From an uncultured Enterobacteriaceae bacterium (GTDB lineage Bacteria; Myxococcota_A; UBA796; SXON01): a stretch of 64,000 nucleotides of DNA. The notes beneath the pieces were generated by a model. That model saw only the letters and a program-made list of their open reading frames with translations. It ran no database searches and was not told where the DNA came from. The number at the start of each line of letters is the position of its first letter. Positions within the stretch are counted from its first letter, which is position 1. The stretch is taken from contig CAYWGD010000015.1 in NCBI GenBank assembly GCA_964457335.1, forward strand, positions 31,868 to 95,867, written 5' to 3'. The translations under genes were made by a program, and so were the position numbers. Of the stretch, positions 26,301 to 34,660 are shown piece by piece.

Positions 26301-28009
26301 TCCGCCTCTTCAACGAGGTCAAGGGCTGGGATCACTACGACAAGTCGAAGATCTCCGCGGGCGGCGGCGTGTTCGACCGCAAGGCGAAGAGCGTCCCGCT
26401 CTCGCCCGAGGCCCGCGCGATGCTCGGCACGCTCGCCGAGGAGCTCCCCCCCGACCAGGTCATCTCGCTCATCCTCAAGATGCCGGTCGACCTGCTCTGG
26501 AACGGTGGCATCGGCACCTACGTGCGCGCCTCCTGGGAGACCAACGCCGACGCGAACGATCCCCCGAACGACGATCTCCGCGTCAGCGCGCACGAGCTGC
26601 GGGCGAAGATCATCGGCGAGGGCGGCAACCTCGGCTTCACCCAGGCCGCGCGCATCGAGTACGCGCTGGCGGGTGGGCGCCTGAACACCGACTTCGTCGA
26701 CAACTCCGGCGGCGTCGACACCTCCGACCACGAGGTGAACCTCAAGATCCTGCTCAACCCGATGGTCGCGGCGGGCCGGATCACGATGGAGGACCGCAAC
26801 GACTTCCTGCGGTCCCTCACCGACGAGGTGGCGGACGCGGTCCTCGCCGACTGCAACGCGAACGGCCGCCTGATCTCGCTCGACGTGCCGCGCTCCGCGG
26901 CGGATCCGTCGCTCTACGGGCGCGCGATCGACTGGATCTGCAACCGCGGCAACGTGTCGCGGCAGTTCCTCGCGCTGCCCTCCGACGACGATCTGAAGCG
27001 GCGTGCCGCGCAGGGCCTGGGCCTCACCCGCCCTGAGCTCTCCGTGCTCCAGGCCCACGTGAAGATGCACGTGTTCAAGATGCTGATGCAGGAGGACCCG
27101 AAGGTCATCCCCGGGTTCGACCGCATCCTGCTGGAGTACTTCCCGAAGGCCGCGCGCGAGCGCTTCGGCGCCGACATCCCGAACCACATGCTCGCGAAGG
27201 CCATCGGCATGACGATGGTCCTCACGATGGTCGCGACCGACGCGGGCGCGGCCTACTTCCCGCTCATGCTCGACCTCACCGGGGCGAGCGCGGGCCGGGT
27301 CGCGGGCGCGTGGCTGGCGGCGATGGAGATGACCCGCGGGAACGAGCTGAAGGCGGCGCTCCTCGCGGAGAAGGCGCGGCCGGAGGGCGCGTACCAGGCG
27401 TGGAACACCTTCACGCAGGGGCTCACCGTGCTCGTGGCGGGCTGGCTGGCGCCCGGGGCCGCGGGCGCGGCCGGCGAGGATCCGGCGCGCTTCCGCGAGG
27501 CGATCGACGCGATCGCCTCCACGCGGGACAGCGCCGACGCGACGGCGTTCACCACCTCCGTCTCGAAGCTCGAGGCGAAGGGCATCGCGACCAGCACCGC
27601 CGCCGGCCTCGTCAACGCCGCGAACGCGGTGATGGCGAGCGAGGTGTGCGCGATCGCGGCCGCCCGCAACGAGGGCATCGCGGACGCGGCGAGCCGCTAC
27701 CAGGCGATCGGGCAGGCGAGCAAGCTCCTGCCGACGCTCCGGTCCATCAGCCAGCGCCGCGGCGCGGGCCGCTGGGATCCGGTCGCGCTCGGCATCCTCC
27801 GCCTGCGCTACCAGGCGCTCCTGCGCGACGTGGCCGTCCGCACCCCGGTCGGGGACGAGCTCAAGCTCGGCACCGACAAGGCAGCGGAGGCGCTCGCCGC
27901 CGGCCCGCTCCGCGACGTGTCGCGCGTGATCGACCAGATCGTGGGCGAGGCCCCGGACGTCGCCTCGCTGCTCGTCGGCGAGCAGCAGATCCGGGCCGTC
28001 CTGGCGTGA
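23390..28009 (+). CDS. gdhB: NAD-specific glutamate dehydrogenase, large (about 180 kDa) bacterial type
   Basis: 1539 aa. The catalytic core carries '[39 protein letters not shown]', '[11 protein letters not shown]' and 'NGGIGTYV'. The length is typical of the Bac_GDH family. Confidence 0.92.
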   Translation: [1539 protein letters not shown]

Positions 28010-28016
28010 TCGTCTC

Positions 28017-28574
28017 GTGACGACCTGGATCTTCCTCCGCCACGGAGAGTCGGTCGCCAACGCCGGCGGCTGGCTCTCCGGGTGGGAGGACGTGGCCCTG
28101 ACCGCGAAGGGGGAGGAGCAGGCCCGCGCCGCCGCCTTCGCGCTCGAGGCCCACGACATCCGCCGCTGCCTCGTCAGCGACCTCGGCCGCGCGCTCCACA
28201 CCGCGCGGCTGGCCCTGGCGGGGCGGCGGATCCCCGTCCACACCCTCGGCGAGCTTCGCGAGCGCCACCTCGGCGAGCTCCAGCGGGCGTCCATCGCCGC
28301 GTGCACGGCGGACGGCCGGCGGGAGCGCTGGCTCCTCCCCTGGGACCTCGGCCCGCCGGGCGGCGAGAGCCGCGCCCGCGCGGTCCAGCGTGCGCTCGCG
28401 GCGCTGCGGCACTGGGACGACGGCACCCCCACCCTCGTCGTCGGGCACGGCAGCGTGCTGCGCGGTGTGGTGGCCGCGTTCGACGGCGTCCCGACCGAGC
28501 AGCTGCACGCGCTCCCACCCACTCCGAATGCCGAGCCCCTGCTCCGCGTAGGACCCGTGCCGGCCCTGCCCTGA
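28017..28574 (+). CDS. histidine phosphatase (phosphoglycerate mutase-like) family protein
   Basis: N-terminal 'IFLRHGES' RHG motif and a later 'VVGHGSVLR'. GTG start 7 nt after the gdh stop. Confidence 0.8.
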   Translation: MTTWIFLRHGESVANAGGWLSGWEDVALTAKGEEQARAAAFALEAHDIRRCLVSDLGRALHTARLALAGRRIPVHTLGELRERHLGELQRASIAACTADGRRERWLLPWDLGPPGGESRARAVQRALAALRHWDDGTPTLVVGHGSVLRGVVAAFDGVPTEQLHALPPTPNAEPLLRVGPVPALP

Positions 28575-28656
28575 CACGTCGGGACAGCGCTCGTGCATTG
28601 ACACGACAAGACCAGCGTGGTCCGATCGGCGCGCAAACGTAACTACGGAGGATTCC

Positions 28657-29181
28657 ATGAAGAAGCTGCTGCTCCTCGCCCTGGGACTCGTCGCAGCCGC
28701 CCCCGCGTACGCCGGGGTGGGCGCCACCGCCTACGTGGGCGGCACGAACGACGGCGCCGCGATGGGGCTCCTCGCCCCCTCCCTCGACTACCGGGGCGGC
28801 GGCATCCTCGCCCAGGTGCACCTGCTCGACCTCATCGGCGAGCTGCCCAACGAGCGCCTGGAGCTCGGCGTCGGCGTGTCCGGCGTCGTGGTCAAGCGCA
28901 AGGTCGGACAGGACGTGGAGGGCGTCATCATGCCGGGCGGCCACGTCAACTTCGGCGTCCCGACCACGTTCAAGAACCCGAGCTGGCAGATCCTCGCGGA
29001 GACCCGTTTCGGTGCGGAGATGAAGCAGGGCATGGGTTTCGGCGTGTACGTCGTCCCGCAGATCGGCGTCTCCAACTTCACCGGCAACGTCGGGCTCTCC
29101 TACGGCGGCACGCTCCAGGTGAGCGCGTGGCTCATGAACGAGGGCGGCGGCGGCGGCGGCAAGGGGAAGCGCAACAAGTGA
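28657..29181 (+). CDS. secreted small beta-barrel-like protein with Gly/Lys tail (hypothetical)
   Basis: Signal peptide '[19 protein letters not shown]'. Alternating hydrophobic beta-strand pattern. C-terminal '[14 protein letters not shown]'. Strong GGAGG RBS. Confidence 0.55.
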   Translation: MKKLLLLALGLVAAAPAYAGVGATAYVGGTNDGAAMGLLAPSLDYRGGGILAQVHLLDLIGELPNERLELGVGVSGVVVKRKVGQDVEGVIMPGGHVNFGVPTTFKNPSWQILAETRFGAEMKQGMGFGVYVVPQIGVSNFTGNVGLSYGGTLQVSAWLMNEGGGGGGKGKRNK

Positions 29182-29669
29182 CGGAGCGCCCGGCGGTCCC
29201 CGCGTCGGCCACGCGGGTCGAGCTCACGCAGATCGTGCTGCCGCAGTACACCAACGCGCTCGGCACGATCTTCGGCGGCCAGGTGGCCGCGTGGATCGAC
29301 ATGTCCGCGGCGATCGCCGCGCAGCGCTTCTGTCGCACCCAGGTGGTGACAGTCTCGATCGACGAGCTCCACTTCCTCCACCCGATCCAGCGCGGCCACA
29401 TCGCCATCTTCCGGGCGAGCGTGAACGCCGCGTGGAACCGCTCGATCGAGGTCGGCGTCCGCGTCGAGGGCGAGGACCCGCTCACCGGCATCCGCACCCA
29501 CACCGCGAGCGCCTACACCACCTTCGTCTCGCTGGTGGACGGCCGCCCGGCGCCCGTCCCGCGGCTCCTCCCGGAGACCACCGACGAGCACCGTCGCTAC
29601 GACGAGGCCGAGCTCCGTCGCAAGAACCGCCTCCGCCACCGGGCGGAGCTCGAGGAACGACGGGGCTGA
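29178..29669 (+). CDS. acyl-CoA thioesterase (hotdog fold)
   Basis: '[28 protein letters not shown]' and '[12 protein letters not shown]' are typical of the YciA/Acot-type hotdog fold. GTG 29178 overlaps the upstream TGA (GTGA). Confidence 0.8.
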   Translation: MTERPAVPASATRVELTQIVLPQYTNALGTIFGGQVAAWIDMSAAIAAQRFCRTQVVTVSIDELHFLHPIQRGHIAIFRASVNAAWNRSIEVGVRVEGEDPLTGIRTHTASAYTTFVSLVDGRPAPVPRLLPETTDEHRRYDEAELRRKNRLRHRAELEERRG

Positions 29670-30229
29670 TGTCCGATGCACCGGCGCTCGTCCTGGCGAG
29701 CGCGTCTCCCCGCCGGCGCCAGCTGCTCGCCTCCGCCGGCATCGTCTTCGAGGTGCGGCCTGCCGACCTCGACGAGGCCGTGCTCCCCGGCGAGCCGCCG
29801 CGCGTCTACGCCCGCCGCGTGGCGCGGGAGAAGGCCCTCGCCGTGCCCGGCGCGCGGGTGCTCGCCGCCGACACCGTCGTCGACCTCGAGGATCGCGTGC
29901 TCGGCAAGCCCGCCGACCCCGACGAGGCGCGGGCGATCCTCGGCGCCCTCGCGGGCCGCACCCACCGCGTCCACACGGCCGTCGCGCTCCGCGTCGGCGA
30001 TCGCGTCCACGCCACGCTCGTCTCCACCGCCGTGCGTTTCCGCGCGCTGACGCCGGCCGAGATCGACGCCTACGTCGCGACGGGCGAGCCCTTCGACAAG
30101 GCGGGCGCCTACGGCATCCAGGGGCACGGCGGCGCGCTGGTGGACCTCGTGCGGGGCAGCTACACCAACGTGATCGGGCTGCCGCTGCGCGAGACGCTCG
30201 CGTTGCTCGCGCGCTGGGGAGGACCATGA
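29669..30229 (+). CDS. maf: Maf-like nucleoside triphosphate pyrophosphatase
   Basis: '[14 protein letters not shown]', 'LAADTVV', 'LGKP' and '[10 protein letters not shown]'. The ATG shares its A with the upstream TGA. Confidence 0.9.
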   Translation: MSDAPALVLASASPRRRQLLASAGIVFEVRPADLDEAVLPGEPPRVYARRVAREKALAVPGARVLAADTVVDLEDRVLGKPADPDEARAILGALAGRTHRVHTAVALRVGDRVHATLVSTAVRFRALTPAEIDAYVATGEPFDKAGAYGIQGHGGALVDLVRGSYTNVIGLPLRETLALLARWGGP

Positions 30230-30915
30230 GCATCGCCGAGAACCTCGACCGCGTCCGCGCCACGCTGCGGGAGGCGTGCGCCGGGGCCGGGCGCCCCGTC
30301 GAGGGCGTGCGCCTCGTGGCGGTGTCGAAGTTCCAGCCCGTCGCGGCGATCCTCGAGGCCGCGGCCGCCGGGCAGGTCGACTTCGGCGAGAACTACGCCC
30401 AGGAGCTGCGCGACAAGGCCGAGGAGGTCACGGTGCCGGTGCGCTGGCACTTCATCGGCGCGTTGCAGCGCAACAAGGTGAAGTACGTGGTCGGCCGCGC
30501 CACGCTGGTCCACGACGTCGACTCCTTCGCGCTCGCCGAGGAGATCGGCAAGCGCTCGGCCGAATCACCGACCGGCATCCTCCTCGGGGTGAACATCGGC
30601 GAGGAGCCGCAGAAGAGCGGCGTCCTCCCCGGGGACGCCCTCGACCTCGCGAAGCGCGTGGTGGCGCTGCCCGGCGTGCGGCTGCGCGGGCTCATGTGCA
30701 TCCCGCCCGCCGTCGACGACGCCGAGCAGGCCGCCCCCTACTTCGCCGCGCTGGCCGACCTCGCGGCCCGCGGGCGCGCGGAGGGCCTCCCCCTGGACGA
30801 GCTCTCCATGGGCATGAGCCACGACTACCCGGTCGCCATCCGCCACGGCGCCACGCTCGTGCGCGTCGGCACCGCCATCTTCGGGGCGCGGCCCCCGAGG
30901 GTCCAGGCGGGCTGA
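30226..30915 (+). CDS. yggS: YggS-family pyridoxal phosphate homeostasis protein
   Basis: 'LVAVSKFQP', 'FGENYAQE', '[15 protein letters not shown]' and 'LSMGMSHDY'. ATGA overlap with maf. Confidence 0.9.
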   Translation: MSIAENLDRVRATLREACAGAGRPVEGVRLVAVSKFQPVAAILEAAAAGQVDFGENYAQELRDKAEEVTVPVRWHFIGALQRNKVKYVVGRATLVHDVDSFALAEEIGKRSAESPTGILLGVNIGEEPQKSGVLPGDALDLAKRVVALPGVRLRGLMCIPPAVDDAEQAAPYFAALADLAARGRAEGLPLDELSMGMSHDYPVAIRHGATLVRVGTAIFGARPPRVQAG

Positions 30916-30956
30916 TCCGGGCCGCCCCAGGGCCCCACGGGACGCGGGCGAACCCC

Positions 30957-32732
30957 CTACCGCATCCGGAACTCGACCATCCTCAGCTGGCCGGCGTCCA
31001 CCCGCACCACCTGCGTGCGGCTGTAGCCCCCGGCGACGATGCGCACGCGGTGCGTGCCCGCGGCCAGCTCGATCGGGCGGCCCTCGGCGGTCGTGCCCTT
31101 CCTCACGTCGTCCACGTAGATGGTGGCCGTGCGGTTGCAGACCACCTGGAGGAGGCCCATCGGCTGCAGGTAGCCGCCGCGGCGGTCCGTCACGACGGAG
31201 TCGACCGCCGCGTTGGAGGTCCCCGTTGCCGGCACCGCGGCGGAGGAGCTGCCGCTCGGCTGGTCGGGCGCCTTCGGCGTGCCCGCGGGGGGCGCCGAGG
31301 GCTCACCCGCGGGGGCCGTGCCAGCGCGGGTGGCGGGGGCGGCCGTCGCGGCGCTCGCAGAGCCGGCGGGCGTGGCCGACGCGGGCGTCGACGCGCCCGT
31401 CGTGGTGGCGGGCATCGCGGGCGCCGTCCCGCCGGACACCGAGGCCTCGCTCGGCGCGCTCGGGCCGGCCGGCGTCGCCGCCTCCGCCGTCGAGACGGGG
31501 GACGCGACCGCCAGGGTGCTGGCCGGGTCGATCGGCGGGGCGTCACCGGACGCCTCGGCCGGGAGCGCCGGGGCGTCCACGCTCGGCGCGGCGACCGGAG
31601 CCGGTGCGGCGTCGGGCGCCGGAGGGGGCGTCGGCGGGACGGCCGGGGCCGCGGCCGCGGGTCGCGCGGTCCGGGGGCCGCCGGCCCGGGTCCGGAGGTT
31701 CCACTGCCAGGCGACCGCGCCGAGCGCGAGGGCGGCGATCAGCCCGCCGATCAGGATCACGCGGGGCCGACCGGGGGCCCGCGTCGTCAACCGGGGCGGC
31801 GGGACCGGCTTCGCGGCGGGCGGCGGCGGGGTGGCCGCACGTGCCGGGGCGGCGGGCTCCTCGGACGAGCGCGCGGCCACGCCGGGGTTCGTCGGCTCGG
31901 TCGGCTCCTTCCGGTCGAGCTCCGGGGCGCGGGGCGGGATGCGCGCCGCCGTGATGCCCGAGATCTCGGAGGCGTCCGGCTTGCGGAAGCGGGGGTCGTC
32001 CCAGCGCGGCGCGTCCGACCCGAGGGGGTCGCGGAGCACGTCGGCCGCGGCCTCGCGGGCACCCCGCGGCCCGTCCAGGATCTGGAGGGGCGAGGCGTCG
32101 ATCCGCGTCTCCTCCTCCAGCTCCGGGACGACCGGGCGCGCGCGCACCCGCGCCGCGGCGGTCGGGATCCCTTGCGGGCGACCGCCGCGCTCGGGGGTCG
32201 GGGCCGAAGCCGCGGGCGCGCGTGGCGGCGTGGACCCGAGGAAGTCGAAGGGGGGCAGCTCGGTGCGGAAGGGGTCCTCGGGCGGGAGGGACCGGCCCCT
32301 CAGCCCGTCCGGCAGGTCGGTGCGGAAGGGATCGGACGACGAGATGGGGCGCGACGACTGGCGCGCCGCCGGGATGCGCCGGCCGAGGATGTCCCCGAGC
32401 TCCCCGACGGCGTCCGTCATCAGCGCGCCCGGCAGGGTGTCGCCGGGCCGCGGCGGCACGAGCGACCGCCCGGGGGTGGTGTCCGCGGGGATCGGGCCCA
32501 CGTCCGGGGGCCCCGGACGGAGGGGCGGCCCCACGAACACGCGGAGCGGCCCGCTGGGCAGGCTCTGCTCCTCGTCGGCCGCGGCGAAGCCCGGGCGTGT
32601 GTCCTCCGTCCGGTCGTCCTCCACGGCCGGGCGCGGCGGCGGCGGCGACGGCATGAGGATCCGGGGCGGCGCCTCGTCCACGAGCAGCTCGCCCGGGCGC
32701 CCGAAGAGCTTGGAACGGCCGCGCTCGCTCAC
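30957..32732 (-). CDS. proline-rich bitopic membrane protein with C-terminal PEGA-like domain
   Basis: A roughly 345-aa disordered N-terminal region with two 'DPFRT(D/E)LP' motifs. One TM helix, 'VILIGGLIAALALGAVAW'. A roughly 190-aa Pro/Ala/Thr linker. A C-terminal beta domain 'ATIYVDDVRKGTT..IELAAGTHRVRIVAGGY'. The start is set at GTG 32732 (GGAG 7 nt upstream), 14 nt after the upstream stop. Confidence 0.55.
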   Translation of the reverse strand: MSERGRSKLFGRPGELLVDEAPPRILMPSPPPPRPAVEDDRTEDTRPGFAAADEEQSLPSGPLRVFVGPPLRPGPPDVGPIPADTTPGRSLVPPRPGDTLPGALMTDAVGELGDILGRRIPAARQSSRPISSSDPFRTDLPDGLRGRSLPPEDPFRTELPPFDFLGSTPPRAPAASAPTPERGGRPQGIPTAAARVRARPVVPELEEETRIDASPLQILDGPRGAREAAADVLRDPLGSDAPRWDDPRFRKPDASEISGITAARIPPRAPELDRKEPTEPTNPGVAARSSEEPAAPARAATPPPPAAKPVPPPRLTTRAPGRPRVILIGGLIAALALGAVAWQWNLRTRAGGPRTARPAAAAPAVPPTPPPAPDAAPAPVAAPSVDAPALPAEASGDAPPIDPASTLAVASPVSTAEAATPAGPSAPSEASVSGGTAPAMPATTTGASTPASATPAGSASAATAAPATRAGTAPAGEPSAPPAGTPKAPDQPSGSSSAAVPATGTSNAAVDSVVTDRRGGYLQPMGLLQVVCNRTATIYVDDVRKGTTAEGRPIELAAGTHRVRIVAGGYSRTQVVRVDAGQLRMVEFRMR

Positions 32733-32745
32733 GCCCCAGCTCCGG

Positions 32746-33234
32746 TCATGTGTCCTCCAGGAGGCCGGAGTAGGTCCCGGGGGCGCCCTCGGCAAGGCCC
32801 CGGAGCTCGGGCACCCCCGCGGCACGCACCGTGAGCTCCAGCCCCCTCGCCGACATCCGACTGCCCATTGCCCCGGAGCGTATCCAGGCGTTCACCGCCC
32901 GTCGCACGACAGACTGCGCGCGAGGGTCCAGGCCGCGGAACAGGTTGTCCGCCCGCGTCCAGGCCGGGTCCACCACTCCGCGCTCCAGGAGCTGCCGCGC
33001 GAGCGCCGGCACGAGCACGGCGGCGGCGCGCTCCGCCTCCTCACGCGGGTCCCACCAGGCCTCGAGCCCGCCCACCTCGACCACGCGCGCCACGTCCTCC
33101 GGGCGCAGCCGCAGGTCCGGCGGGAGCGTCCCCTCGGACACGAGCACGCGGATCACCTCGAAGGGGTGGAGCTCGAGCGCCGAGGCCACGCGGCCGACGC
33201 TCCAGGGGCGCAGCGCGTCCAGGTCGAGCCTCAT
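32746..33234 (-). CDS. hypothetical protein with excisionase/MerR-like HTH-looking N-terminus
   Basis: 162 aa from 'MRLDLDALRPWSVGRVASALELHPFEVIRVLVSEGTLP'. Its ATG overlaps the upstream TGA (ATGA at 33231-33234). The track ORF's Arg/Gly-rich 5' extension to 33387 is rejected. Confidence 0.5.
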   Translation of the reverse strand: MRLDLDALRPWSVGRVASALELHPFEVIRVLVSEGTLPPDLRLRPEDVARVVEVGGLEAWWDPREEAERAAAVLVPALARQLLERGVVDPAWTRADNLFRGLDPRAQSVVRRAVNAWIRSGAMGSRMSARGLELTVRAAGVPELRGLAEGAPGTYSGLLEDT

Positions 33235-34145
33235 GCGACCGCCTCGGCCAGGAGGTCGGGCGTCAGCCACACGGCGTAGACCTCCACCCCCGCCGCCTCG
33301 AGCTCCGCGGCGCCGTCCACCGCCGCCGCGATGCCCTCGAGCACGCGCTCGCGGAGGTCCTCCTCCAGCGGGTGATCGCCGAGCCACACCTGCACGGCCA
33401 GGTTGCCCTGGAGGTCGGAGAAGCGGACCGGCGCGTGCGCCGCGCCCAGGTCCGTCAGCAGCTGGTAGAGCGAGCCCACGAGCCGGTAGGCGAGCCAGGT
33501 GCAGAGGTCCTCGGCCCGGAGCGTCCCCTCCGCGTACACCGCCCAGGGCACGGGCAGGACCATGACGAGCGCCTCGGGGCTCCCGACGGGCGGGTCCGCC
33601 GACACCAGCACGCCCACGCCGACGGGCGGCGCCGTGAGGGGCTCGGGCGGGGCGTGCGCCGCCACGATGAAGGGCGCGAGGCGGGTCGCGGTCTCGGGCG
33701 AGAGCAGGAGCTCCGACTCCTGCGCGCCCCCGGCCGCCGCCTGGGCCTCGAGGTACTCCTCGACGAACGGCGCCATGTCGGGGTCGTCGAGGCGCGCCGA
33801 CAGGTCGGCCTCCCGCCGGGCCTGCAGCTCCCCGAGCGCCGCGGCGCGGTCCTCGAGCAGCGAGCGGTCCTCGAGCAGCGCGTTCCGGACGCTCGCGCGC
33901 TTCCGACGGAGGGCCTCCTCCTCCAGCGTGCCGAGGCGCTCCTCCTCCTCGCGGCGGATGGCCAGCAGCGCGCCGTGCCGGCGCTGGGCCTCCTCCAGGT
34001 CGCGCCGGGCCGCACGCTCCTCGGCCGCGATGGCCGTCAGCGCCTCGTCCGCCTCGAGCCCGACGCGGTCGCGCCAGGAGGCGACCTCGTCCAGCATCCG
34101 GAGGAGCGCGGGGGTGGGCGCCACGCCCCCGTCCGCACTACTCAC
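33231..34145 (-). CDS. coiled-coil protein (hypothetical)
   Basis: 304 aa. The N-terminal half is charged heptad-like ('EERAARRDLEEAQRRHGALLAIRREEEERLGTLEEEALRRKR'). The C-terminal globular half has no motif I recognise. No signal peptide. Confidence 0.55.
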   Translation of the reverse strand: MSSADGGVAPTPALLRMLDEVASWRDRVGLEADEALTAIAAEERAARRDLEEAQRRHGALLAIRREEEERLGTLEEEALRRKRASVRNALLEDRSLLEDRAAALGELQARREADLSARLDDPDMAPFVEEYLEAQAAAGGAQESELLLSPETATRLAPFIVAAHAPPEPLTAPPVGVGVLVSADPPVGSPEALVMVLPVPWAVYAEGTLRAEDLCTWLAYRLVGSLYQLLTDLGAAHAPVRFSDLQGNLAVQVWLGDHPLEEDLRERVLEGIAAAVDGAAELEAAGVEVYAVWLTPDLLAEAVA

Positions 34146-34644
34146 AGACCGCCCACAGGCCGTTGTTCGCCGACACGGCGTCCGCCTGGGCGGCGTACAG
34201 GAACTCGCGCAACCGGATGTCGTCGAAGTCCTCGTACACCCGGGCCTGGCCCTCGCGGAGGATCTCCGTGTTCAGGAGCACCTCCTCGCCGTCGTCCTCG
34301 GTGATCCAGGCGTAGGCGAGGGTGCGCTCGTAGTCGTCCTCGCAGTCCGCATCGAATTCCAGCCGGATCTCGAGCCCGGTGATGCGGTCCGCGAGCCAGG
34401 CCGCCGACTCGGGGCCCCAGCACTCGTCCACCTCGGACTCGTTGTGCGCGATCTCCGGGGCGTTGATGCCGAGGAGGCGTACGGACTCGCCGCCGCACTC
34501 GCCGACCTGGAACGTGTCGCCGTCGAGCGTGCACGCGACCGTCACCTCGCGGTCGGGAGCGCAGTGCTCCCCGGCGACGATCTCGACCGAGTCGAGCCCC
34601 CTGCAGCCCATCAGAAGGGCGAGGATCACGGACGGCGCGGACAT
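34138..34644 (-). CDS. staphylococcal-nuclease (thermonuclease) family lipoprotein
   Basis: Lipobox 'LLMGC'. SNase motifs 'LDGDT', 'VRLLGINAPE' and 'YERTLAY'. The start is set at ATG 34644 within track ORF 34138..34770. It overlaps the next gene by 8 nt. Confidence 0.75.
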   Translation of the reverse strand: MSAPSVILALLMGCRGLDSVEIVAGEHCAPDREVTVACTLDGDTFQVGECGGESVRLLGINAPEIAHNESEVDECWGPESAAWLADRITGLEIRLEFDADCEDDYERTLAYAWITEDDGEEVLLNTEILREGQARVYEDFDDIRLREFLYAAQADAVSANNGLWAVCE

Positions 34645-34660
34645 GCCCCGACAGGGTAGC

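Noticed and set aside
23237-28636. A 1799-aa ORF antisense to the NAD-glutamate dehydrogenase gene, the longest ORF in the window.
   Set aside because: Its codons are the exact reverse complements of the gdh codons. Both use the same triplet phase: the sense start is 23390 and the antisense first base is 28636. It can therefore only acquire stops from sense TTA, CTA or TCA, which are nearly absent in this GC3-saturated gene. The translation is low-complexity Arg/Gly/Asp/His/Ala-rich, and it runs on through the next gene and intergenic DNA. Antisense ORFs opposite NAD-GDH have been discussed in the literature, but nothing here indicates translation. Ribo-seq would be the test.
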